A stretch of DNA of 64,000 nucleotides from Heterodontus francisci (taxonomy: Eukaryota), in the NCBI RefSeq assembly GCF_036365525.1, contig NC_090404.1, positions 3,472,001 to 3,536,000 of the forward strand. The letters run 5' to 3'. The notes under the pieces were generated by a model. The model did no database searches, had not been told where the DNA came from, and worked only from the letters and a program-made list of their open reading frames with translations. Of this stretch, positions 13,441-25,900 are shown one piece after another. Every line of letters starts with the position of its first letter. The first letter of the stretch is position 1. Both the position numbers and the translations under genes were made by a program.

Positions 13441-14650
13441 ACAAAGGTTGCGTGTGATTTGGACACTGTTTATAGAGGCTCACCTTGTGACGATGAGGTC
13501 CAGCTGGTGCTAACGACGTGAGCTTGGGTGTCTCTATGAAACCTGGTGACAGGGTTTAGTATGAAAGAACGAGTTAGTGATGCAGAGTTTGCGATAGCTA
13601 CACAATTCCAGCAGTCTCTGCCCATTCTCATTCATCCTTCCAATGCCATAGCGCCCAAGGCAGGAGGGTCATGAGCCATGGTCGGCCCCAGCCCTGGCGT
13701 TAAAGTCCTCCAGCAGGAACCAATGCTCGGTATTAGGAATGCTATTAATGATATTATGGAGTTTCTCATAGAACTGGTCTTTAATTTCAGGTGAGGAGCA
13801 GAGTGTTGGAACATAAATGTTGAATAGGTGTGCTTTTTTTATTCTTTCATGGGATGTGGGCGTCGTAGGCCAGGCCAGCATTTATAGCCCATCCCTTATT
13901 TCTCTTGAACTGAGTGGCTTGCTAGGCCATTTCGACGGCATTGATGTGGATCTGGAGTCACATGTAGGCCAGACCAGGTAAAGACAGCAGATTTCCTTCC
14001 CTAAAGGACATTAGCGAACCAGATGAGTTTTACAACAATTGACAATGGTTTCATGGCCATCATTAGACTATCTTTTAATTCCAGATTTTTATCAATTAAA
14101 TTCAAATTCCACCTTCTGCTGTGGTGGGATTCGAACCCATGTCCCCAGAGCAATACCTGGGTCTCTGGGTTACTAGTCCAGTGACAATGCCAGTACGCCA
14201 CCGCCTCCCCTGGACTAGAGGGGGTGAACAGTCGGATGGACAGTATGCGTTCTGAGCCATTTGAGGGTGGCTCTATCATGCTGAGCAAAGAGCTCAGTGG
14301 GCGAAGCCCACTCCATGCTGTCTTGGTTCTTCAGGATCCCTACCCTGCCAGAAGAAAGTGTAGTCTTGCTCTCTTAGAGATCATCTCGCAGGGAGGAATG
14401 TCTCCTGAAGTGCTGCAATGTCCACATTGAGTCTACTGAGCTCGTTGTTAATGATGACAGTCTTCCGAGAGTCGTTGATTTGTGTATGGTCTTCCAACAG
14501 GCCAGGACACATAGTTCTGACGTTGCAAAATGAAGGGCTGCTACCTTCTTTCCTTTTTCTGTCATGCTGTCTGGTGCGGTGTTGCCGTCCACTTGTCAGG
14601 CAATGACCCTGAGCTCCAAGCACCCATTGATGCAGGTGGACAGTGGAGGG
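13440..14650 (-). mobile_element. RTE-clade LINE endonuclease fragment, split by a SINE
   Basis: CNVRTM...ELSRLNVDIAALQET and YVPTL...KDQFYEKL...EDFNARAG (APE motifs of RTE type). Confidence 0.75.
13835..14212 (-). mobile_element. tRNA-headed Deu-type SINE (SacSINE1-like), full length
   Basis: A box TGGCGTACTGG, B box GGTTCGAATCCC, conserved core, 3' tail CCCACATCCCATGAAAGAATAAAA shared with the L2-like LINE. Confidence 0.85.
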
Positions 14651-14659
14651 ACAGAACTA

Positions 14660-15195
14660 TTCTGTAAATCGCTGCTTCAATTGAAGGGAGTGTTTGGGGC
14701 CTAGGATAATGAGGAGCGAGGAGTTAAAAGGGCAAGTACACCTCCTGCACGTGCATGGGAAGGAGTTGCAGGAAAGAAAAAAGGTGTCAGGGGTAATGGA
14801 GGAGTGGTTGAGGGCCCTGTCAACTGCAGTCTGGGGGGGCATCCTCGGTTGAGTAAAAAGGAAGACAAATCAGAAGCGCTGTTGTGCAAGGTTGCATCCA
14901 GAGCAGATGCGTTGGAGATGGAGAAATTGGGAGAATGGAATGGAGTCCTTACTGGAAGCAAGGTGTGAGGAAGTGTATTCGAGGCAGCTGTGGGAGTTGG
15001 TGGGCTTATAATAAATCTCTCCAGGCCTCTGTCCTCTCAGAAAACTTCACTTTTCTTCTCTTTTCCTCGCCCCCGCTTTATTTGCTTAAAATCGATTACA
15101 TTTCCAACGTTTCCACTTCTGATGAAAGGTCACTGACTGAAACGGTAATTTTGCTTCTCTCTCCACAGATACGGCCAGACAAGTTGTCGGTATTG
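14660..15195. mobile_element. Penelope-like element remnants (coding remnant on -, terminal-repeat remnant on +)
   Basis: Minus strand FLLNRG and SFPCTCRRCTCP zinc-knuckle-like motif; plus strand CTGATGAAAGGTCACTGACTGAAAC at about 15118-15143. Confidence 0.6.
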
Positions 15196-15359
15196 TGGTT
15201 GTTGAGGCACTGGAGATACTGGAAACCCACTAATAATTGTTTTGGTTTCCTCCCATAAACAATGAAGTATCAAAGATGTCACGGAATCCTGTCACACTGA
15301 TGCATTTGCTGGGACTTTCTTTGGTAACTTCCCAATTTTAATTTTGTTCTTCTTCTCAG

Positions 15360-16267
15360 TTAACTTAGTGGCGATTGCGATCCTGTCCCGGGGAAGGTGC
15401 GGTCTCTCCGGATGTATCACTCTGTACCTGGTGTCCATGGCGGTGACGGATCTCCTGGTCGTTATCACTGCAGTGATATTCAATCGGATTACAGGCATTT
15501 ATTTTCCAGTTAGTTTTATGTCCCTGACTCCGGCCTGTACTCTCAGTACCGTGATAATCTACGCAGCCACGGAGAGCTCAGTCTGGTTAACCGTCGCTTT
15601 CACCTTCGATCGATTTATAGCCATTTGTTGCCAGAAGCTGAAAACAAATTATTGCACCGAGAGAACGGCGTCAGTGGTTATAGGTATGGTCGGTTTTTTG
15701 AGCTGTTTAAAAAGCGTTCCTTGGTACTTTATTTACGAACCTCTGTATATAATTAACAATGTGCCATGGTTTTGTAATATAAAATCCAGCTTCTATACTT
15801 CACTCGCATGGACAGCCTATGACTGGTTTGCACGTGTTTTAAATCCCGGCCTCCCTTTCTTCCTGATTCTGTTGCTCAATGCCTTGACCGTCAGACACAT
15901 CCTAGTGGCCAGTAGAGGTCGCAGGAGACTCCGGGCTCACAGCAACGGAGAGAATCAGAGTGACCCAGAGTTAGAGAACCGGAGAAAGTCCATCGTTTTA
16001 CTCTTCGCCATCTCTGGAAGTTTCGTCCTGTTGTGGATGACGTATGTTGTAGATTTCCTGTATGTGAAAATCACAAACGAATCTTATTTCGGAGGTTCCA
16101 ATTTCAATGACCCAAAATTTATTCTCCAAGAGAGTGGAAACATGCTTCAGCTCATGAGCTGTTGCACCAACACGTGTATCTATGCAGTGACCCAGAGAAA
16201 ATTCAGAGAGGAGTTGAAGAATGCGGCAAAATATCTTGGGAATCGAATTGTTAAGTTCGTATACTAG
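15360..16267 (+). CDS. Orphan class A GPCR (GPR139/GPR142-like) gene 1, coding exon 2; spliced protein 325 aa, intact
   Basis: Acceptor TTGTTCTTCTTCTCAG|TT; TM2 YLVSMAVTDLL, TM3 FTFDRFIAIC, ECL2 WFC, TM5 LPFFLILLLNALT, TM6 FVLLW, TM7 CCTNTCIY, helix 8 KFREEL. Confidence 0.93.
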
Positions 16268-16649
16268 GACAGCATTTCGTTTTGGCTTCAATGACGACTG
16301 GGATAATAACTTGTCCTTCCTTTCTTCATCCTGACATGCCGGGGTGAAATTGGCCTTTAGCAGCCTTTTGAAAAGAGCGCTAAATAATCTGCTGCCAGTT
16401 ATGCATCCAACTGCACTGACGTGACAAGAGATGAACATCGGACTACATGTCAAACTAATTAGATGTCTTTAGGCTTGTGCTACAGTCCCTTCAGGTCTAC
16501 CCCAGTCCCCTTGACAGATTTCCTCTTAAGAACAAAAGACTGTTGGACGGTATCAAACAACATGTCCCTTCCGCTGCTCGCAATGGGCAATGTACAGGCA
16601 GTACCCAACCAGCCCGTGCTTGCGAAATTCAAAACACAGTGTCCAACAT

Positions 16650-19600
16650 TTTTTAAAAATTCATTCATGGGATGTGGGCGGCGCTGGCGAGGCCAGCATT
16701 TATTGCCCATCCCTAATTGCCCTTGAGAAGGTGGTGGTGAGCTGCCTTCTTGAACCGCTGCAGTCCATGTGGGGTAGGTACACCCACATTGCTGTTAGGA
16801 AGGGAGTTCCAGGATTTTGACCCAGCGACAGTGAAGGAACGGCGATATAGTTCCAAGTCAGGATGGTGTGTAACTTGGAGGGGAACTTGCAGGTGGTGGT
16901 GTTCCCATGTATTTGCTGCCCTTGTTCTTCTAGTTGGTAGAGGTTGCAGTTTTGGAAGGTGCTGTCTAAGGAGTCTTGGTGCATTGCTGCAGTGCATCTT
17001 GTAGATGTTACACATTGCTGCCACTGTTAGTCGGTGGTGGAGGGAGTGAATGTTTGTCGATGGGATGCCAATCAAGCGGGTTGCTTTATCCTGGATGGTG
17101 TCGAGCTTCTTGAGTGTTGTTGGAGTTGCGCCCATCCAGGCAAGTGCAGAGTATTCCATCACACTCTTGACTTGTGCCTTGCAGATGGTGGACAGGCTTT
17201 CGGGAGTCAGGAGGTGAGTTACTCGCCGCAGGATTCCGAGCCTCTGACCTGATCTTGCAGCCACGGTATTTATATGGCTACTCCAGTTCAGTTTCTGGTC
17301 AATGGTAGCCCCTAGGATGTTGATAGTGGGGGATTCAGCGATGGTAATGCCGTTGAATGTCAAGGGGAGATGGTTAGATTCTCTCTTGTTGGAGATGGTC
17401 ATTGCCTGGCTCTTGTGTGGTGCGAATTTTACTTGCCACTTATCAGCCTGGATATTGTCCAGGTCTTTCTGCATTTCTACACTGACTGCTTCAGTATCTG
17501 AGGAGTCACGAATGGTGCTGAACATTGTGCAATCATCAGCGAACATCCCCATTTCTGACCTTATGATTGAAGGAAGGTCATTGATGAAGCAGCTGAAGAT
17601 GGTTGGGCCTAGGACACTACCCTGAGGAACTCCTACAGTGATGTCCTGGAGCTCAGATGATTGACCTCCAACAAATACAACCATCTTCCTTTGTGCTGGG
17701 TATGACTCCAGCCAGCAGAGGGTTTTCCCCCTGATTCCCATTGATCTCAGTTTTGTGAGGGCTCCTTGATGCCATACTCGATCAAATGCTGCCTTGATGT
17801 CAAGGGCAGTCACTTTCACCTAACCTCTTGAGTTCAGCTCTTTTATCCATGTTTGAACCAAGGCTGTAATGATGTCAGGAGCTGAGTGGCCCTGGCAGAA
17901 CCCAAACTGAGCGTTACTGAGCAGGTTGTTGCTAAGCAAGTGCCGCTTGATGGCACTGTTGATGACACCTTCCATCACTTTACTGATAATTGAGAGTAGG
18001 CTAATGGGGCGGTAGTTGGCCGGGTTGGATTTGTCCTGATTTTTGTGTACAGGACATACCTGGGCAATTTTCCACATTGCAGGGTAGATGCCAGTGTTGT
18101 AGCTGTACTGGAACAGCTTGGTTAGGAGCGCGGCAAGTTCTGGAGCACAGGTCTTCAGAACTATTGCCGGAATATTGTCAGAGCCCATAGCTTTTTCATA
18201 TCCAGTGCCTTCAGTCGTTTCTTGATATCACGTGGAGTGAATCGATTTGGCTGAAGTCTGGCATCTGTGATGCTGGGGACTTCAGGAGGAGGCCGAGATG
18301 GATCATCAACTCGGCACTTCTGGCTCAAGATTGTTGCAAATGCTTCAGTCTTATCTTTTGCACTGATGTGCTGGGCTCCCCCATCATTGAGGATAGGGAT
18401 ATTTGTGGAGCCACCTCCTACAGTTAGTTGTTTAATTGTCCACCACCATTCTCGGCTGGATGTGGCAGGACTGCAGAGCTTATATCTTATCCGTTGGTTG
18501 TGGGATCGCTTAGCTCTATCTATTGCATGCTGCTTACGCAGTTTGGCATGCAAGTAGTCCTGGATTGTAGCTTCACCAGGTTGACACCTCATTTTGAGGT
18601 ATACCTGGTGCTGCTCCTTGCATGCCCTCCTGCACTCTTCATTGAACCAGGGTTGGTCTCCTGGCTTGATGGTAATGGTAGAGTGGGGGATATGCCGGGC
18701 CATGAGGTTACAGATTGTGGTTGAGTACAATTCTGCTGCTGCTGATGGCCCACAGAGCCTCATGGATGCCCAGTTTTGCATTGCTAGATCTGTTCGAAAT
18801 CTATCCCATTCAGTGCCACACAACACGATGGATGGTATCCTCAATGTGAAGGCGGGACTTGGTCTCCACAAGGATTGTGTGGTGGTCACTCCTACCAATA
18901 CTGTCATGGACAGATGCATCTGCAGCAGGCAGATTGGTGAGGACGAGGTCGAGTATGTTCTTCCCTCGTGTTGGTTCCCCCAGCACCTGCCGCAGACCCA
19001 GTCTAGCAGCCATGTCCTTTAGGAATCGGCCAGTTCGGTCAGCAGTGGTGCTATCGAGCCACTCTTGGTGATGGACATTGAAGTCCCCCACCCAGAGTAC
19101 ATTTTGTGCCCTTGCCACCCTCAGTGCTTCCTCCAAGTGGTGTTGAACATAGAGGAGAACTGAGTCATCAGCTGAGGGAGGGCGGTAGGTGGTAATCAGT
19201 AGGAGGTTACCTTGCCCATGTTTGACCTGATGCCATGAGACTTCATGGGGTCCAGAGTCGATGTTGAGGACTCCCAGGGCAACTCCCTCCCTACTGTATA
19301 CCACTGTGCCACCACCTCTGCTGTGTCTGTCCTGCCGGTGGGACAGGACATACCCGGGGATGGTGATGGCAGTGTCTGGGACATTGTCTGTACGGTATGA
19401 TTCCGTGAGTATGACTATGTCAGGCTGTTGCTTGACTAGTCTGTGGGACAGCTCTCCCAACTTTGGCACAAGCCCCCAGATGTTAGTAAGGAGGACTTTG
19501 CAGGGTCGACAGGGCTGGGTTTGCCATTGTCGTTTCCGGTGCCTAGGTCGATGTCGGGTGGTCTGCCGGTTTCATTCTTTTTTATGGACTTTGTAGCCAT

Positions 19601-19930
19601 TAGATACAACTGAGTGGCTTGCTAGGCCATTTCAGAGGGCATGTAAGAGTTAACCACATTGCTGTGGGTCTGGAGTCACATGTAGGGTCACATGTAGTCC
19701 AGACCAGGTAAGGACAGCTGATTTCCTTCCCCAGAGGACATTAGTGAACCAGATGGGTTTTTACAACGATCGACAATGGTTTCATGGCCATCATTAGACT
19801 AGTTTTAATTCCAGATTTATTAATTAAATTCAGATTCCACCTTCTGCTCTGGTGGGATTCGAACCCATGTCCCGAGAGGAATACCCTGGGTCTCTGGTCC
19901 AGTGATAATACCACTACGCCACCGCCTACC
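16650..19930 (-). mobile_element. Near full-length CR1-supergroup (L2/Crack-like) LINE, single APE-RT ORF with a few disruptions, tRNA/SINE-like 5' head
   Basis: Consecutive ORFs 18810-19469 (APE: PDIVILTES, YRPP, GDFNVHH, LDLVLTN, SDH), 18161-18919, 17820-18188, 16713-17819 (RT: GVPQGSVLGP, FADD); 3' CCCATGAATGAA tail; 5' A and B boxes at about 19855-19920. Confidence 0.92.
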
Positions 19931-20119
19931 CTAGATGCGATTCCGCGATTTGACAACATTTGCAAAATATTCCTCAGTGTGCTAAGAATTACGCTCACAA
20001 CCAACTTAAGATTGTCAGTCAGGTTCCCATTGTGGCGCATTTGCACGTACTGGAATAACATATTTTAAAACACAGGGCCCTGCTCATTTCAGACAGAAAG
20101 AACATGTTCACATTGTGCC

Positions 20120-20455
20120 TGTTTCAGCTAAACAAAATAACTGATTGCTATTTGCTTGTTCATTCCTCAAGGCAATGCTTTGACCGATTGGAGTCAAGCT
20201 GCCTCGATTAAATTCCAAACACGGCTTGGCAGTTAACTGTCAGTCATCATAAAGTGGTGCATTATCTATGGCAATGCCTGTACTAAGCAGAGTTTACTTG
20301 CCAACTAATCAGCACTCTTTTCTTATACTGTATACTTGTGTTGTTTCTCTTACATTGGTATTTTTGTGATCTGTCCTGATGAATGCAAGGCGAAAAGCTT
20401 GAACAAAATGTCTCCACTTTCAGCAATACTCAAGTACTGTACTACCAAATGACTC
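20120..20455 (+). mobile_element. Probable Penelope-like fragment with a degenerate hammerhead core
   Basis: TGTC-CTGATGA-ATGCAAGGC-GAAA-AGCTT at about 20372-20400. Confidence 0.4.
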
Positions 20456-21109
20456 TTAACAAAAGAATTAGGAGCAGGGAGAGGCCATTCAGTTCCTCAC
20501 CGTGCTTCGCAATTCAATAAAATCATGACTGAACCTCTATACCAAAGACGCAATTTAGCCAGGCCCCAGACTTTTGATTCCCATTGTGCTCAAACGTCTA
20601 TCGCTTACAATCTTTAATGTACTCAATGACTGAATATCCACAGCCCTCTGGAATGGAGAATTCCCAAGATTCACAAATCTCCATGTGCAGATATTTCTCC
20701 TCATCTCAGTCTTAAATGTCCTGAAACTATGACCCTTAGTTCAACACTCTCCAGTCAGGGAAACAGCCTCTCAATGCCTACCCTGTTAAGCCCGATAAGA
20801 TTTTTTCCCCTTTTATTGAGATTACCCCTTATTCTTTGAAACCCCAACGCGTATAGACCTATTCTACTCAATCTTTACCCTCTCTCTTTGGCACAAAGCA
20901 GCTATTTCCCACCTCCCTCCGTGTTAAACCTCGGGATACCAAAAAGTGTGGTGGTGTAAAATGATCTGCTAGATATTCTGATCAATAAAGGTCGCAAAGG
21001 AACGCGAAAAATGAAATACATTCCTTGGTGCTTTAAGTTTTCCCGAGTCATTAAACTATTTACAATGAGCGTGCTAAGCCTTTTGTAAAAACAATGAACA
21101 CACCAATGT

Positions 21110-22360
21110 TAGAGTTAGAGTTATTTGAGGACGTAACTAGCAGAATAGATAAGGGAGATCCAGTGGCTGTGATGTATTTGGAGTTTGGTAAGAGTTTCAA
21201 TAAGGTCTCACACAGGTCAGTAAGCAAAATTGGAGCACATGAGATTGGGGGTAGCATACTGACATGGATTGAGAATTGGTTAACACACAGAAAACAGAGA
21301 GTAGGAGTAACCAGGTCATTCTCTGGTTGGCTGGCTGTGACTAATTTGGTGCCACAAGGATCAGTGCTTGTGTGCCAGCTATTCACAGTCTATAAAACTG
21401 ATTTGGATGTGGGGATCAAATGCAATATTTTTAAGTTTGCTGATGACAAAGAACTAGGTGGCAATATGAGTTGTGAGAAGGATGCAAAGAGGCTTCAAGA
21501 GGATTTAAACGGGCTAAGAGAGTGGGAAAGATCATGGCAGATGGCATATAATGTGGAAAAATGTGAAGTTATCCACTGCAGTAAGAAAAAGGCACAAACG
21601 CAGGGCATTTCTTAAATATAAAGAGTTTGGGAAATGTTCATGTTCAAAAGGATCTTTGGGTCTTTGTTCATAAGTCACTGAAAGCTAACATGCAGGTGCA
21701 ACAAGAAATTAAGAAAACAAGTGGTATGTTGGCCTTTATTGCAAGAGGATTTGTGCACTGAAGTAAAGAAGTCTTTCTGCAAATATATAGAGCCTTGATG
21801 AAACCGCACCTAGAGTATTGTGTACAGTTTTGATCACCTTATCAAAGGAAGGGTACACTTGCCGTTGAGGGAGTGCAATGGACGTTCACCAAACTGATCC
21901 TTGGGATGGCAGGATTGTCCGAGAGGAGAAAGTGAGGAGACTGGGCCTATATTCACTGGAGTTTAGAAGAATGAGAGGTGATCTCAATGAAGCATACAAA
22001 ATTCTTACAGCACTCGACGAGGTAGGTGCAAGAAGGAAGTTTCGACTGGCTGGTGGATCTGGAACCAGTGGACAGTCTCAGAATAAGAGGTATGCCATTT
22101 AGGACTGAGATGAGGAAGAATTTCTTCACCCAGAGGGTGGTGAATCTTTGGCATTATCTACCCCAGAGGGCTGTGGAGGCTCAGTAATTGAGTATACTCA
22201 AGACAGAGATCGATAGATTTCTAGATATTAAAGATATCAAGAGATATGGGTGTATTGTGGAAAAATGGCGTTGAGGTAGAATATTTGCCACGAACTTGTT
22301 GAATGTTAGAGCCGGCTCGAGGTGCAAAATGACCTACCTCTGCTCCTATTTCCTATGTTC
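21110..22360 (+). mobile_element. CR1 LINE 3' portion (RT to 3' UTR)
   Basis: ORF 21094-21615 (VPQGSVL, KFADD, WQMAYNVEKC), ORF 21878-22102 (SLEFRRMRGDL), TTCCTATGTT tail. Confidence 0.88.
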
Positions 22361-22911
22361 AATGTCAAGAGCACAAGAACAAACGTCACCATTGGAAAAT
22401 CTGTCCTCCTATTACTGTTACAAATTCCACCATATGCTCCTGAAACTCCACATTGAGCTTTAATCCAGTCCTACTGAGGCTGGCAACGCTAGGGTACCCA
22501 AAAATAGTGTCAGCAAACACAGTCACAACTACAGTTTCTTTCATTCTACTTCTTTTCACCAAATGAAGGGGTTTTGAATTCTGGGATTGTCTGCTCACCG
22601 AAGTGAACAAGTCGAGCTTGTCAACAATGTTCAGTCCTGAAAGATCACCATGTCACATCCATAACCAGGCAATTGGGATGTAGATGGTGTTTTGCACTAA
22701 GAATTTTTCAATGTCCATTGACAAAACAATAGGGTCTCTCTAAGCCACTGTGGGACATCAGCATTAGCGGGATCATACTACACCACAACTAGGAATGTCC
22801 TGTTCTAACCTCACTCAATTATTATCATCAATCCATGGGACCAAATATGGTTCAATGAATGCAGAAAGAATCTCTGAAGCAGCATCAGGCCTAGCTGGTG
22901 AACTGAACAAC

Positions 22912-25900
22912 CATAGAGTCATAGAGTCATAGAGTCGTGCAGCATAGAAACAGGCCCTTCGGCCCACCGCGTCCATGCCGACCATAATGCCTATCAAAAC
23001 TAATACCACCTGCCTGCATTAATTCCATATACCTCTATGCCTTGCTCATTCATGTACCTGTCCAGATGTCCCTTAAATGTCGCTACTGTTCCTGCCTCTA
23101 CCAGCTCATTCCAGATAACCACTATACTTTGTGTGAAAAATTTACCCCTTTGATCCCCTTTAAACCTTCTCCCTCTCAACTTAAATCTGTGCCCTCTACT
23201 TTTAGTCACCCCTACCATGTGAAACAGACTCTGGCTATCTACCCTATCTATGCCTCTCATAATTTTATATACCTCTATCATGTCCCCTCTCAGCCTCCTT
23301 CGCTCCAGGAGAAACAGACCAAGCGTATCCAATCTCTCTTTCTTACTCAAGCCCTCCAAACCAGGCAACATCTTTGTGAATCTTTTCTGCACCCTCTCTA
23401 GCTTAATCACATCTGTCCTGTAGTGCGGTGACTAGAACTGCACACAGTATTCCAAATACGGCCTAACCAACGTTATGTACAACTGTAACATGACGTCGCA
23501 ACTCTTGTACTCAATGCCTCAGCCGATGAAGACAAGCATGCCATACGCCTTCTTCACCACCCTGTCTACCTGTGTTGCCACTTTCAGGGAACTATGTACC
23601 TGCACCACAAGGTCTCGCTGCTCAAGAACACTCCCCAGGGCCCTGCCATTCACTGTCTATGTCCTGCCCCGGTTTAACTTCCCAAAATGCATCACTTCAC
23701 ACTTGTCTGCGTTCAATTCCATTGCCACTCCCTTGCCCACTTTCCCAGTTGATCTATATCCTGTCGTAACCTTAGACAACCTTCTTCACTGTCCACTATG
23801 CCACCAATTTTGGTGTCATCTGCAAACTTACTAATCGTGCCCTCTACATTCACATCCAAGTCACTAATATATATGACAAACAACAGAGTGCCCAGCACCG
23901 ATCCCTGCAGCAAACCACTGGTCACCTGCCTCCAATCTGAAAAGCAGTCCTCCAATACCACCCTCTGCCTCCTATCACCAAGCTAACTTTGTATCCAATT
24001 TGCTAGCTCACCCTGGACCCCATGTATTCGAACCTTCTGGACCAGCCTACCATGCGGGACCTTGTCAAAGGCCTTGCTAAAGTCCATGTAGACAACGTCC
24101 ATCTCCCTGCCCTCGTCAATCCTCTTGGTCACTTCCTCGGAAAACTCAATCAAATTCGTAAGACATGATTTCACACGCACAAAGCCATGCTAACTATATC
24201 TAATCAGACCATGCCTTTCCAGATGCCTATAAATCCTGTCTCTCAGAATCCCTTCCAATGACTTTCCCACCACTGATGTAAGGTGCACCGGCCTCTGGTT
24301 CCCTGGCTTCTCCCTGCTGCCCTTCTTAAATAAAGGCATAACATTAGCTATCCTCCAGTCTTCCGGTACCTCACCTGTGGCTAATGATGATGCAAGAATC
24401 TCTGTCAGGGCCCCAGCAATCGCCTCCCTTGCTTTCCATAGCATCTGAGGATACACCTGCTCAGGCCCTGCGGATTTACCCAGCTTAATGCGCTTCAAAA
24501 CCTCCAACACCTCCTCCTTTGCAATGTTGATATGCTCCAGGATATTGGTGCTCCCTCCTTTGAACTCACGAGCTTCCATGACCTTCTCCATGGTAAATAC
24601 GGACGAGAAAAATTCATTTAAGACCTGGTCAATTTCCCGTGGCTCCACACATAAATTGCCACATTGATCCTTAAGGGGACCTACTCTTTCCCTAGCTACC
24701 CTTTTACTCTTAATATGCTTAGAGAATCTTTTAGGATCCTCCTTTATCTTATCTGCCATGGAAATCTCATGGCCCCTTTTCACCCACCTAATTTCCTTTT
24801 CAAGTGTAGTCCTACATCCCCTATACTCCTCGAGGGACTCACTCGATCCCAGCTGCCTATACCTGACATATACCTCCTTCTTTGTCCTGACCAGATCCTC
24901 ACTATCCCTCGTCAACCAAGGTTCCCTAAACTTGCCAGCCTTGCCCTTCCATCTAAGAGGAACTTTCCGGCCCTGAACTCTTCCTATCTCACTTTTGAAA
25001 GCCTCCCACTTGCCAGACGTCCCTTTACCTCTGCCATTCAACTTTTGAGAATTCCTGTCTGATGTCATAGAAATTAGCCTTCCCCCAATTTAGGACTTCA
25101 ACCTGATGATTAGTCCTATCCTTTTCCATAACTATCTTGAAGCTAATAGAGTTATGGTCACTGGTCCCAAAGTGCTCCCCCACTGACTCATCAACCAACT
25201 GCCCATCCTCATTTAGTTTAGTTTAGTTTAGAGATACAGAAGTGAAACAGGCCCTTCGGCCCACCGAGTCTGTGCCGACCATGAACCACCCATTTATACT
25301 AATCCTACACGAATCCCATATTCCAATAACATCCCCACCGGTCCCTATATATTTCCCTACCACCTACCTATACTAGGGGCAATTTATAATGCCCAATTAA
25401 CCTATCAACCTGCAAGTCTTTGGCATGTGGGAGGAAACCGGAGCACCCGGAGGAAACCCAAGCAGACACAGGGAGAACTTGCAAACTCCGCACAGGCAGT
25501 ACCCAGAATCGAACCCGGGTCCCTGGAGCTGTGAGGCTGCAGTGCTAACCACTGCGTCCCTGTGCCGCCTCCTAAGAGGAGGTCGAGTGTAGCCCCTTCT
25601 CTAGTCGAGCCTTCCACATACTGCTTCAGAATACTATCCTGGACACACTTAACAAGTTCTTCCCCATCTGATCCCTTAGCACTAAGGCAGTCCCAGTCAA
25701 TATTAGGGAAGTTAAAATCACCTACTATTACAACCCTATAATTCCTACAGCTATCGGTGATTTCCCTACATATATGCTCCTCCATTTCCCTCTGACTACT
25801 GGGGGGGACTATAGTATAATCCCATCAAAGTGATTACCCCTTTCTTATTTCTAAGATCTACCCATATGGCCTCGCTGAACATTCTCCCCGCGATATCCTC

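Noticed and set aside
15344-15359. ORF-track start codons for the GPCRs (15344 and 61235)
   Set aside because: 15344 lies in the intron polypyrimidine tract and 61235 is an internal GTG; the real starts are in the upstream exons at 8244 and 56098
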